From the NCBI RefSeq assembly GCF_037042905.1, contig NC_087252.1, forward strand, positions 16,370,001 through 16,434,000: 64,000 nucleotides of DNA, in the 5' to 3' direction. Positions 51,291 through 63,590 of this stretch are shown one piece after another (position 1 is the first letter of the stretch; each line of letters begins with the position of its first letter). Origin of the DNA: Lytechinus pictus. Its lineage: Eukaryota. Below the pieces are notes generated by a model, which saw only the letters and a program-made list of their open reading frames with translations, searched no databases and was not told where the DNA came from. The position numbers and the translations under genes are program-made.

Positions 51291-51747
51291 TCTTTCCTGC
51301 TCTTCCTCTTTTTTCTCTTTCTTTCCCCTCTTCTTCTCCTTTTTTCTTCTTTTCTTTCCCCTCTATTTTCTTCTTTTCTTTCCCCTCTCTTTTTTCTTCC
51401 TTCTCCCCTCTCTCTCCTTTTATTTTCCCCTCTTTCTCTTTTTTCTTCCCCCTCTCCCCCCCCCTCCCTTTTCTTCTCTTCCTCTTTTCTCTCCTTTTCT
51501 TTCCTCTTTTTCCTCTTTCTCTTTTTCTTCTCTTCCTTTCCCCTCTTCCCCTCTCTCTTTTTTCTCCTTTTCCTTTCCCTCTCTTTTTCCTTCTCTTTCT
51601 TTCCCCTTTTCCTCTCCCTTTTCCTTCCCTTCCTTCCCCATCTTCCCTTTTTCTTCTTTTCTTTCCCCCTTTCCTCTCTCTTTTTTTCTCCTTTTCCTTT
51701 TCCCTCTTCCCCTCTTTTTTCTCTTTCTTTCCCTCTTCTTTTTTTTG
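51288..51747. repeat. Polypyrimidine (CT) low-complexity tract
   Basis: Almost exclusively C/T on the + strand. Confidence 0.95.
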
Positions 51748-54700
51748 CCAAGGGGGGGGGGGGACCGCTTTATACCTTTTTCTTGTAAGCAATGTATGCA
51801 AAGTTTCTGGGCATCTTCATTGATAACTTAAAGCCCAAGTATGGTTTTGGTTAGAAAGATGAAGTTTTTATCAACCTTTTGAAAAATGTGGCATTTCTGC
51901 TCCAGACACCGGGAAATGAAATGAAATACACAAAAAGTAACTGTTAATAACAAAATATCAGTCAGCAATGAACTACCACTAGATGGAGCTATGTGTACAA
52001 ATCTGTGGTAAAATCTCGGGGGCATCCCGACAGTTTATATTTTTGTCAAATGTAAAGAAAATAGATGGATTAGGTGAAAATCATTCACGGGGTTGTTTGT
52101 TTGTTTGTTTGTGTTCTTTAATAATAAAAACCCATTAAACCAGGGAGGTGCTTGGCATTATTATTTCTTAATTCTATACCCCCCCCCCCCCGCCATGACA
52201 AATAACGCTGATTACCGTTGGTTTGATATATACCATTATACTCTTCACCCTTTATCCTTCACCCATAAGTGCTCAGATATACCCCCTATTATGCCCCAAA
52301 TAATAAAAACCCCTAAAACCAAGTTGTGCTGCATGGCATTATATTTCTTCATTGCATACCCCCCCCCCCCCCCCGCGCGGCCCGCGCGTTTCCGTTTGAC
52401 ACCCTGGCGAAGGCAATCTCCGCAAAAATAGCTACAAAGCGACTAGTGAAGAGTCTAAGTTTGTTTACATTATCAGCTGGGCGCGCGATGCAAAAGTCTG
52501 CGCCGAAGATATCTACAGAACATGTGCAAATAATGCAGCTGAGCTATTGCAGCTGAGCTTAATACTATTGTACAGATGGAAAGGGATAACGATGGTAGAT
52601 ATAATATATTCGACTGTGAATTAGATGGAATTAGAATTATAATAAGAAATGTTTATTTTCCAACTAGGAACAAGGCAAATGAGCAAATAGATTTCCTGAA
52701 AAAAAATCAATATCATAAATAAAATGTTTTCTCTCAGTCATGTTATTATATTAGGTGGTGATTTCAACATGATATTAGATGATAAATTAGATCATATGGG
52801 GTCAACCATACAGGTGAAATCTAGATTTAATACATATTTTTTGGAGTTCATGGACAAGTTTCAATTAATAGATATTTGGAGGAAAAGATATCCAGGATCG
52901 GAAAACAACAGTTTACTTTCAGACAGAAGACACCACCTATTCAAAATAGGCTAGATTATTGGATAATATCAAAAGAAGTTGAAACATTGGTGTTGGAATG
53001 TGACATTTTACCGTCTATAACTCCAGACCATTCTGGAATATTGCTTACCTGTACTAGTGGAAAAAAGAAGTGAAGCGAGGTCCTTCATACTGTTACTATG
53101 TTATGATAAATAATATGTTTCTGCTATGAAAAATGGTATTCTTAATTGAAAAAAGCAATACAGAAATGTCTTTTCTAATTACTCATTGCTTTGGGGCTTT
53201 ATTAAATAAAAGATTAGAGATCATACTCGAAAATATTCTAAAGAAAATGCACGAGAAAGAAATAAGCAAAAGCTGATTTTAGAGTCTGAAGTGAAATACT
53301 TAGAACAGCAAATTGCTGTGAATAACTCTGATGTTTTGCGGAAAATTTTGGAGGAAAAAAGAAAACTCCTTAAGAAGTTATTTGACTTTGGCCTTGATGG
53401 TCTCAAAGTAAGGTCACGCGCGGCCTGGAGTGAAAAGGGGGAAAAGAATTTTGCATTTTTTAAACAACTTGTGTTATCAAATAAACGTAAATCAGAGATT
53501 CATAAATTAATACGTGAAGATATAATCAGATACATAGCGACCGTGAAGGTGAAATTCTAAAAATCATCAAATTATTCTACAGTTCCTTATATTCTTGTAA
53601 GGGAGTTTGCAATGATGTTGAAAATTTACTGAAAAAAATTCCCTTTCCTCCAAGGTATTACTAAATTATCAGAAGACAATAAAAATAGATGTGAAGGTAA
53701 ATTAAGCAAAAGTGAATGTTTTGAGGCTTTGAAAAGCATGCAACTTAATAAAGCCACAGGTAATGATGGTTTAACCACAGAATTCTACTCCACTTTTTGG
53801 TGTGTAATTGATGACCTATTGGTTGATTGTTTAAATGAAGCTTTTGAAAAAGGTGAATTGTCTGCATCACAGAAACAAGGAGTAATCACTCTAATTGAAT
53901 AATTAGGTAAAAACCCTCTATACATTAAAAACTATAGCCCTATTTAAGATTCTCACTAAAGGTCTTGCCAAAAGAATTAAAGAGATTCACCCCGAAATTA
54001 TACAGGTTGACCAGGTTTATGGATACATTAATAATCGAAATATAGGCGAAGCAGTTCGTCTTATATTGATATTTTGTTTCAGGCTTTGAATAACAATATA
54101 TAAAAGGCTATCTATTAGCGGTGGATTTTGAAAAAGCATTTGACCCTGTATCGCATGAGTTTATACAAAATGTATTATAAATATTTGGATTTCGTGTATC
54201 TTTTAGACAGTGGATCAAAACTTTGACAGTGGAGCATGTAGTTGTGTTGTGAATGGTGGCTTCACAACTGTTATTTTGATATGCAGAGGTAAGACAGGGA
54301 GATCACCTCTCGCCTTACATTTTTATATTATCTATTGAATTATACTTGCAAACGTTATAATAAATGATACAGGGGTTAAGGGTGTTTTATTGGCTCAGAA
54401 TGAAGTTAAACAAGTGCTGTATGCTGATGATGTATCGATTTTTGTACGAGATGAACGGTCCTTAGAAAGACTTGAATTACTTTTTGATGTTTTTGGTAAA
54501 TTAAGTGGTCTCATATTAACCAAGGATAAAATTAATTTAATGAGATTAGGAACCAGTACAAACCAGGACTTTGTCCCAAAAGGATGAAATATGGTTAAAG
54601 AAGTGAAGATTTTGGGAACATATTTTACCATGGATGTGGAGATCAAAGAAGAAATGAACTACAAATAAATATTAAGCAAAATAAAAAAAGTTATTGAGTT

Positions 54701-55329
54701 TGGGGAAGCAAAGAGATTTGACCATATTAGGGAAAATTCATCTTCTAAAAACTTATGCACTCTCAAAGCTGATTTATGTCTCATCTTTGATTGTGGTCCC
54801 GAAGTGGGTTTATGTGAAAATAGAAAGAATCACATTCGAATTTATTTGGAATGGACAAGATAAAATAAAAAGAAACACAATGTATCAAAACTATGAAAAT
54901 GGAGGTTTACGAGTAACAAATTTTGAAGTTTTTATTAAAGTACAACGTGTAATGTGGATGAATAGATTAATATATTGTAACAATCAGATGAATGGAAAAC
55001 GCTGTTCAATAGTTTATGTAAATCAATTGGCGGTGTGTTCATTTTTCAATGTAATTATCAATACCGCCAAGATCAAAGCAAAGTTACCAACATTCTATGT
55101 TGAAATGTTAAGAGTTTGGCAAGGAATAGAATAATGTAGGACAAAGGAGAATGGTTGTGTTTCAAACACTATAATATTTAATAACAAACATGTATGTATT
55201 GATAGCAAAATGGTATTTGATATAAAACTCTTTATACTCATAACATATTTAAACTTTAATTTTTTTATCTTACTTTTCAAACCGCGGTTTGGACACTAAT
55301 GATATTTAAAAAATATATGGTATTATGAT

Positions 55330-56859
55330 CAGGGCCGTAGCTAGAGGGGGGGGGGGGGGTATGGGGGTGTGACACCCCCCCCCCCCCAACATACATGGCA
55401 GTCGGCAAAATCATGTACCAGTTGGAAAAATGGAGGATAGGGAGAAAAAGAAAGAGGGAAAGAAAGGAAGAGAAAAAAGAAAGAAGGAGAGAGGGGGAGA
55501 GAAAGAAAGAAAGAAAAAAGGAAAGAAATATAGGGGTACTAACTTCCCTAACTTCGAAGAAAGTTACGACTTATAGAGTAAAGACAACCAGTTGGCAAAT
55601 CCAAGTCCATGTAGCCAGGCTTAGAGCCCTACTAGTCAGCAAAATACAAAGAACAAAACAGATGGAGCTATAAGGAGCTATAATAACACACAAAGTAAGC
55701 CCCCGGTCCTCCCCCAATATAAACAAGCTTGTGAGTTTGCAAATTATACAATTATTGACGATTTAACAAACACATTAGTTTTGTAAAATTAGAGGCAAGA
55801 CTAGGTAAAGAAATATGGGGTGGGATGAATTTCCAAGGTTTAAGTTGAATAATCAAAGCCAAAGTATAGTTGGAAAATTATAAAGTGGGCCTATTAAAGT
55901 GGCAGAACACTACGCTCTATACCAGTCAGCAAAGTGATGTACAAGTACTGCCCCGTTTCAGATCTGAAAAGAACAGAACACAAGACTTAAAAAACTGGTA
56001 ACTTTGCAGTTGGCAAAAAACACATAAATGTTCGTAGTTATTTTTACTAAATTCTGTCGCCGAAGATTTTTTTTTAATTTAAGGTGTCAGAATGTGCTTG
56101 GGGTGGGGATGGGTGGGAGTGGGGACATGTTGGGGTTGCAGTCAATCAAGTCAATTTCATTGGTGCAATCAATTCCAGGCTTCAAACATGCAGTTTGAAA
56201 GCTGTCTAATCCCTTTTATCCCAAGAACTGTCATAAAACTACTACTACATAAAAACGACTTCTTTCAAATGCCAGTACATGTGAGTAATTAGCTAGCATA
56301 CATGCTGCTAATTATCTGCCCTGATTCATTACTGTTAATATTGTTTGATTGTGATCCTGGAAATTGAAACAGATTTGAACATTGTCAACAACGGATCAAC
56401 CTGAGCAACCTCAGAAACGGAAGCGGATCAAACTTCAATGTAAAGTTTGTGGATCCATATTTTCCGACGACTATAGAAACAAACATAATCGCTTACAGCA
56501 CCCTAAAATGGTGGAAAAAATTAACAAATCTTTGATTTTGATATTATTAATGCATAGGGTATATCATTATACTGCAAGTTAGCAACTACGGCACACTAGC
56601 CTTTCTATTTTGATCCAAAATGTTTATTTTTACAGTGCAAATATCTTTGTATATCTTTGTATAATTTACCTTAAAGTCTTCACCAAATGCGACTAAATCA
56701 ATTCTAAAAATTCTAAATCTTTTAGCATGTGATTATTGTAGGGGGGGGGCCACATCAGACTCCCCCTTTGCTCACGTTGGCGCTGTCACGCCAAATTTAG
56801 TTGGCAAATTTAGCTGGTACACCCCCCCCCCCAACAAAATGCTTCTGGCTACGGCCCTG
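55330..56859 (+). mobile_element. Non-autonomous hAT DNA transposon (1530 bp)
   Basis: 16-bp TIRs CAGGGCCGTAGC(T/C)AGA; perfect 8-bp TSD ATTATGAT (55322-55329, 56860-56867). Confidence 0.93.
56372..56515 (+). pseudogene. C2H2-type zinc-finger/NLS remnant inside the hAT element
   Basis: KRKRIKLQ-CKVC-x11-H-x4-H, preceded by an acceptor-like aaacag. Confidence 0.5.
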
Positions 56860-57777
56860 ATTATGATGCTCTGCCAATTGGGTGGAAACGTTCATTCAGG
56901 CTTAATCCATTAATCAGTAATCAGCCCCATGACGTCCATATCTCTTTAGAACTATTGGGAAGAAATGTAGATCTGTTCAAAGCAATTATATAGATATTTT
57001 ATTAACGGTTTAAAAAAGACGGATGACATGCATGAAATCAAATCGCATTTTCTCAGGTTTAATAGTAAAACAAATTCGGCATATTTTAATGAGACCGCGT
57101 TTTTCTACCTTGCATTGTAAACTTAGGGAATTTCAGTTTAAACAGCTGCACGGGGTTATTTACACATATGATAAACTTCATACAATAGGTTATATTTTAT
57201 CTATAACATAAAATGTTCGTTTTGTTACCAATAATTTGAAACTCTTGATCACTTATTTAAAAGTTGCCCGAACGTTCAAGCACTTTGGAAAAATATTGGA
57301 CATAAATTAAGGTTAAAAGAATTGGAGAATCTCTCCATGGAATACACTTTGTTAGAGATTGATGGAAGTTCAAATAGGATAAAATTTTTAAATACAGTAA
57401 TTTTAATAGTTAAAAAAGAGATTTATTCTGCAAAGCAGGAAGCTGTTTTGCCATCTGTTGGAATCATAATAAAACATTGTAGAAAATATAGGGAAGAGGA
57501 ATATAAGATTGCACAAGAGAGGAATACCTTGGCAATACATCTCCAGAAATGGGAACAAGTTGATTTATAGAGTAACGAATGGATGCGTATATTTCATTTT
57601 TATTATTACTTTTTTTTTTCTTCTCCAAGTATGTAAATGTATTACACAATGTTTTGTAATATTAGTCTTATGTTATTATGTAATTTTCAGTAAGTGTGAT
57701 CAAATGTTACCTTTAATAATTATTTGCAATATTCATTTCGTCTTGTAATGTTTTGTGATACATGTAGGATATGTTTG

Positions 57778-57921
57778 TTCTTCTCCGGCCTTCTTCTTTT
57801 TCTTCTTCTTATCATCATCACTAGTATCATTATTACATGTATTATTATTATTATTAGTGAGTAGTAGTAGTAGTTGTAGCAGTAGTAGTAGCTAGTAGCA
57901 GTAGTAGTATCGGTGGTAGTA
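57778..57921. repeat. Compound microsatellite (TTC)/(TCA)/(ATT)/(AGT)
   Basis: Direct reading. Confidence 0.9.
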
Positions 57922-58482
57922 GGACTTAGCTGTTTTAATTCGGTTTAGAATCATTTTGAAACAATTATAAGTGGGAAACAACTGGACTTCTACATGATGT
58001 AGATTCTCCTTCGTTTTGTACTATTGTATTTTCTTATCATTGTTATTACCGCTTACTGAATTGATTTTGGCTATTGCCCAAATTCTAGGTTTTTCACCTC
58101 CTTGTGTATCCAAACGCTACTGCAAAACATGTTCGGATTTAATTCATATGACTGCTCTCTGTACATGAAGGGCCGTGTATTGGCTGTAGATTGCATGCTG
58201 GCGCGGGGAGACTCGCCAGTGTCTGACGCTCATATCTAACCAGCGACGAATGTAGACTCTTCACTAGTCGCTTTGTAGCTATTTTTGCAGAGATTGCCTT
58301 CGCCAGGGTGTAAAACGGAAACGCGCCCCCAGCCCGGCCATGACTAGTCCCGGGTCACGTGACACCCGACGGCTTTAGGTGTAATAATAATAATAATAAT
58401 AATTGGATTTATATAGCGCTTTTTCCAGAGGATACAAAGCGCTGTTGATTGCATAAGACAAGTTAAGGTTTATGGTTATATA

Positions 58483-59044
58483 ACCCGGGGGGGGGGGGCC
58501 ACTTACATTGACGAGTGGATACCATGCGCGACCAAAAAACACGTAAAAAGGATGTCTTTTTCACGACAGGGCACGTTACGTACGTAACGTGATAAGGGTG
58601 TCAAAAACACAAAAATAATGAAAAAAGGGTATCTATTTCGCTATGAAAATTACGTGTTTAGGGTAGAATTCGCGGGGATGATAAAACAAAATTAAAATGT
58701 TTTATAAAGGATGTCCTTTTTGCCCCAACACTTCGTGTTTAGAGTCCGATTTGCGCGAGGTGTAGAAGGTGGGGTCGTACTATTACAATAAGGTAAAGCC
58801 GACGACCGAAGGACCCGTAACAATCAAACATTCCTGTACTTGTTTAGGGGTTCATTTCAGGGAACATTTGCCAAGAGTATCGTTTTGTTTCCAATACTTG
58901 TTAAGGGTAGGGTTTCACACGCCAATACTTGTTAAGGGGTGCATTTTCAGAATATGGAAATTACGTGTTTAGGGTGCTTTTCGAGACACCATGGTCGCGC
59001 ATGGTATCCACTCGTGAATGGAAGTGCCCCCCCCCCCCCCGGGT
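58483..59044. mobile_element. MITE with (A)CCCGGG-polyG TIRs (~560 bp)
   Basis: cacttacattgacgagtggataccatgcgcgacca / tggtcgcgcatggtatccactcgtgaatggaagtg inverted arms; TA flanks. Confidence 0.88.
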
Positions 59045-59167
59045 TATTTAAGTGTGTTTTGAGATGTTTTTTGAAGAGGTTAAGAGAAGAGAGGTTTCGA
59101 ATAGATGGAGGGAGTTTGTTCCACAGACGGGGGGGGGGGGGGGGCAAGAGATTGAAAGGAGTTGAAA

Positions 59168-60647
59168 CCCAGGACCAAAATCCAGTTAAAACCAATTAGG
59201 GCAAAACCAATTGAAACCAGTTGGCCAACTGGTTTCAATAGGGAAATTGGAACAACTGGTTCCAATTGAAAACCAGTTGCCAATTGGTTCCAGTTAAAAC
59301 CAATTGGTTCCAATTGAAAACCAGTTGCCAATTGGTTCCAGTTAAAACCAATTGGGCAACTGGAACCAGTTGGCAATTGGTGTCAATTGGTTCCAGTTGT
59401 TCCAATTTCCCTATTAAAACCAATTGAATCCAATTGGATGCAACTGGTTTCAATTGGAACCAGTTGAAACCAATTGGTTTCCAACTGGATCCAATTGGAA
59501 CTTCCAGTTGGAATGAACTTAATTAGTTACAAATTAATTAGCATTTGCACTAACCATTGTTCATATGCCAACACAGAAGCAATGTTATATGTCTATTAAT
59601 ACCAATGTAAAGGGCATTGATAAAATACAGACTTTCATATGTATATATTTATATGGAAGATCTTCAAATATATGTATTTTTATTTGATGTAATTTGGTAA
59701 CAGATAGTGGTGTACTAATTATCTTTTAATCTGTTTTAATTATAATCTATAACATTTATGAACATGGTTTTCACTGCTAAGTATTCTAAATACTTATCTT
59801 TAAAAAGTGTGGTACTTGAAATTAAAAAGAATTAAATAGATACATTGTTAATGATGATAAATCTCATAAAACATTAATCTGTGCACACTGGCAGATAATA
59901 TGCAAATTAACTGGTTTCAATTGGATCCAGTTGGGTAACTGGAAAATTTCCAATTGGAAACCAATCGGAAATCATTTCCAGTTACCCAACTGGTTCCAGT
60001 TTTATTTCCAGTTACCCAACTGGTTCCCATTTGAATTCATTTCCAGTTACCCATCTTTCCAGTTAGAAGTCATCTCCAGTTACCCAATTGGTACCAGTTA
60101 GGATTTCCAGTTACACAACTGCATGGTTCAAGTTGGGATTTCCAGTTACCCAACTGGTTCCAGTTAGAAATCATTTCCAGTTGGAAGTCATTTCCAGTTA
60201 CCCAACTGGTTCCAGTTAGGATTTCCAGCTGCCCAACTGGTTCCAGTTAGAAATCATTTCCAGTTGGAAGTCATTTCCAGTTACCCAACTGGTTCCAGTT
60301 AGGATTTCCAGTTGCCCAACTGGTTCCAGTTAGAAATCATTTCCAGTTGGAAGTCATTTCCAGTTACCCAACTGGTTCCAGTTAGGATTTCCAGTTGCCC
60401 AACTGGTTCCAGTTGGGATTTCCAGTTACTCAACTGGTTCCAGTTAGAAATCATTTCCAATTGGAAGTCATTTCCAGTTACCCAACTGGTTCCAGTTAGG
60501 ATTTCCAGTTGCCCAACTGGTTTCAATTGGTTTCAACTGGAAATTGTTAAATTCCAGTTAAAACCAATTGAAACCAGTTAAAACCAATTGAAACCAATTA
60601 AAACCAGTTGGAAATCCAACTGGTTTCAATTGGATTTTGGTCCTGGG
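59168..60647. mobile_element. Non-autonomous CACTA/EnSpm-like element (CCC...GGG termini)
   Basis: TIR CCCAGGACCAAAATCCA / TGGATTTTGGTCCTGGG; 2-bp TSD AA; dense subterminal ccaattgg/ccagttgg/ccaactgg repeats. Confidence 0.88.
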
Positions 60648-61133
60648 AACCGGCCTGTTTTATGGATTTTGGAATGACATAGGAAGGAGCAGCTGCAGAA
60701 CGAAGAGAGTATGTAGATCTTTGTTGATGAAATAACGAAGAAATGTAAGAGGGTAGTGTGGTTGACAGAGATTTATAGGTTTGAACAAGTATTCGATAAT
60801 GTATTCTATCAGAAACAGGTAGCCAATGTAGTTCATTTAGAAGAGGGGTAGCATGACATGAATAACGGTAGTATACCGTTATTCTATTACCACCCCCCCC
60901 CCCGGCCCCTATATATTGCATGATACCCCATTGGTAAATACAACTTTACATCTACTACATAGGCGTGCAGCTGTATACTAGTAGTCCTATAATAATGGCA
61001 TTAACGGCCCGCCATACCCAGCACGTACGTACGCACTACCGAACTACCGTTAACAATGGTCGTGGAGCTGTTGCCTGAAGTTAGCAACCTAAAATAATTT
61101 AGACCCCTAAAATACAGGATTGCCTAGCCAGGT

Positions 61134-61212
61134 GCCTTAGACCACTCGGCCACGTCACCTCCATGCAATCCATGCGAGATCATATCGACGGTACATACGA
61201 TACGCGTACTGT
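61134..61212 (-). repeat. 79-bp repeat ending in a tRNA 5'-half/A-box (SINE-head-like), copy 1
   Basis: Minus strand GGTGACGTGGCCGAGTGGTCTAAGGC; no B box follows; repeated at 62554-62632 with 3 differences. Confidence 0.7.
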
Positions 61213-62553
61213 ATACGCTCCAAAGCATATAATTTTCTTCTTATCGAAAAAGAAGAAGAAAGAAATCCGCTCCAAAGCTTCGCATATTTTTCGTTACGCC
61301 GTTCCGATCGCATTGATCTGCTACAATGAGCTTTTGGTGAATATATTTTTCATCGGTCATTCAAAGTTTAGAATGGGATTCATTAGAAGACGCTATAATT
61401 CCTTTATAAACACTCAACTCAATTCATGGTCAAGACTGCCTCACCTTCTTTGATAATTCCAATATTTATTTTCTTAAGTGCTTTTGATTTCGTTCGAAGG
61501 TAAAGGTGTTTGTAATGGTCTTACAAAGTAACGAAAGTACTTTTGTTCTGAATTTCGGGCAATGAAATTCAAGAATTGTGCATTTAAGCTACAATGACCG
61601 ATATGACTGCTTGAGCATCCAATTTAGTTTTTAAAGTTCAAATTAATGATACTTTATTCGTTTGTTTTGCACGGCATCTGTATTATGTGTGAATATATTA
61701 AGTTTCTAACATGTCAATGTTTAAACATGTGTATATAATAAGAATAAAATTGTTGTGCACTTTGGCTAAATTAGATATAGGCCTATGTTTAGCTCAAATT
61801 TGAATTTCAACGATGCCCTTAGTTTTCATCCTTTTTTCCACAAAAAACGCTTGCATTTTATGTATGTATTATTTTTTTGTCAAAGTAGCTTTTCAATGTA
61901 TGAATTTAAATGCCATCATTTTTGGACCCAGGTATGATTTATATTGCATCTTTTGCGAGGGGTTTTGCATTTTGTTTACAAAGATGTTAAGGACAATTCC
62001 ATATTTTTCCTTTTCACCCGACCATGCTGACAGTGTGGGCTCAGTGTGATTAAAAAAATTCTTACCCACGCCTGAATACTTACTTTTAGAAAGTCAATAT
62101 CTTAACGGTAATTGTTTTATTAAAGAAATGAAATCTAAATCTAATTGAAATTTGTCATATACTGAAACCCGAAACGAAAAATCATCAAAAGAAATTGTGA
62201 AAGCGTAACTTTGGAAAATATATACCCCACTGCGACTAGGCACACCGACACAAGGACACAACGATATTCAGATCAGTGGCGAGAGATCGGGCGTTCAATA
62301 GTTTGCCTAAAACGCCGATATCGTGGACATAGAGGACGCTCATGCAAAAACATCTTTTCGGAGAGCCAACCGGGGGCCGGGGTGTCAAAAGAAAAGATAA
62401 AAGTGCACGCTTCCGTTTTCGCTGCAAAAGGGCACGCTGGCGTCTTGAATGGCAAGAGCACTGACCCGTAGGAAAGAAAAATGGCCAATGGCACGCTCAG
62501 TGGTTTCGCCGTAGAATATAAAGGAAAAGACGCACACACACTTTTGACAAGAC

Positions 62554-62632
62554 GCCTTAGACCACTCGGCCACGGCACCTCCATTCAATCCATGCGAGAT
62601 CATATCGACCGTACATACGATACGCGTACTGT
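62554..62632 (-). repeat. 79-bp repeat with tRNA 5'-half/A-box, copy 2
   Basis: Direct repeat of 61134-61212. Confidence 0.7.
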
Positions 62633-62653
62633 CTACACGGATTGAAAGAAATC

Positions 62654-62806
62654 ATGGCTGCCGAAGAAGAAGTACCAAGGCCAAGACAGATCAAGTACCA
62701 AGTAGGCATACCAAAATCAATTATCGAGACGTATTATCAAGAAGAAGATCAAGATGAAGATCAAGATCAAGTAGACCCTCGGGTTGTAGCATTTGATGAT
62801 GAGCAG
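62654..62806 (+). CDS. Candidate first coding exon of an unknown gene (51 codons, acidic)
   Basis: atcATGG start context; MAAEEEVPRPRQIKYQVGIPKSIIETYYQEEDQDEDQDQVDPRVVAFDDEQ ends at a CAG|GTATGT donor; no family recognised. Confidence 0.4.
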
Positions 62807-63032
62807 GTATGTAGTAGATTTATGTACCGGTACCGGTACCTCATTTTTTTCAATTTAGATTAGTTACGGGCAACAAGAGTCCCTGTCGCAAGTTTCTGAC
62901 GAGACCAATGAAAAGCCAATTCTGTCAGGGATGCTCCGCTGACTTCGTCTGGCCGCGGCATCCCCTCCGACAGGCGAAACGCCCTGTCAATAGACAGATG
63001 ACGGCCCTTGTTTGGCTTGGGTTCGTAATGCT

Positions 63033-63360
63033 CCCGGGGGGGGGGGGGGCGGGCACTCAGTATAATGCATAGTGGGTATGTGCCGCGGAGGGGACCCCCA
63101 TTTTTACACTCAAATTTCCGTTCCAAGGCATAGCATTTTTGTCTTATTTGAGAAAAAGAACAAAGAAAGCCGCTCCAAAGCTTCGCATATTTTTCGTTAT
63201 GCCGTTCCGATCGCATTGATCTGCTACAATGAGCTGCAATTTTGGTGAAAAGCGGCCGCAGAGCGCTGTCCGACCATCACCTCTGCGTGAGCGCACCCGG
63301 CGGCACGGCCGTCGGGCTAGCTGCATCATGCACGCTAACCCAGGGAGCTCAGGCCCGCAA
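63033..63360. mobile_element. Left part of a CCCGGG-polyG DNA element
   Basis: cccggg + poly-G + cact start resembles 58484; internal ~70 bp also present at about 61260-61332; right end not identified. Confidence 0.5.
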
Positions 63361-63407
63361 AGCGGGCCGGAGCCCAGGCTCGGTGTAAATATTGCAGAGG
63401 TAATTAT

Positions 63408-63590
63408 TAATGGCAGAGGTAAAAATGGCAGAGGTAAAAATGACAGAGGTAAAAATGGCAGAGGTAAAAATGGCAGAGGTAAAAATGGCAGAGGTAAAAA
63501 TGGCAGAGGTAAAAATGGCAAAGGTAATAATGGCAAAGGTAATAATGGCAGAGGTAAAAATGGCAGAGGTAAAAATGGTATAGGTAAAAT
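63408..63590. repeat. 15-bp minisatellite (AAAAATGGCAGAGGT)n
   Basis: About 12 tandem units. Confidence 0.95.

Larger units (their letters stand above)
52570..57750 (+). mobile_element. Decayed L1/Tx1-clade LINE ORF2 (EN-RT-CCHC), interrupted by a hAT element
   Basis: ILGGDFN, IDIWR, RLDYW, TPDHS (endonuclease); VDFEKAFD, RQGDHLSP, LYADDV (RT); LTILGK, NGGL; KCSFC..ETLDHLFKSC; many frameshifts. Confidence 0.9.
52384..58326. mobile_element. Non-autonomous TIR element with 74-bp TIRs enclosing a decayed L1
   Basis: 52384-52457 and 58253-58326 are inverted repeats, 72/74 identical; TSD and superfamily unclear. Confidence 0.75.
58383..60870 (-). mobile_element. L2-clade LINE 3' fragment split by two DNA transposons
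   Basis: HATPLLNELHWLPVSDRI...YSLRS (60648-60870), RLWNKLPPSIR..FKKHLKTHL (59045-59130), agcgct 3' stem-loop and (ATT)n tail (58383-58445). Confidence 0.88.

Noticed and set aside
51070..51823. K/E/R/G-rich and F/S/L/P-rich ORFs (up to 243 aa)
   Set aside because: By-products of a polypurine/polypyrimidine tract that lacks stop codons.
59080..60581. Repetitive ORFs (NWNQL, FQLE)
   Set aside because: Translations of CACTA-like subterminal repeats.
61134..61159. Functional tRNA gene (also 62554-62579)
   Set aside because: Only the 5' stem and D-arm are present; no anticodon arm, T-arm/B box or 3' acceptor strand.
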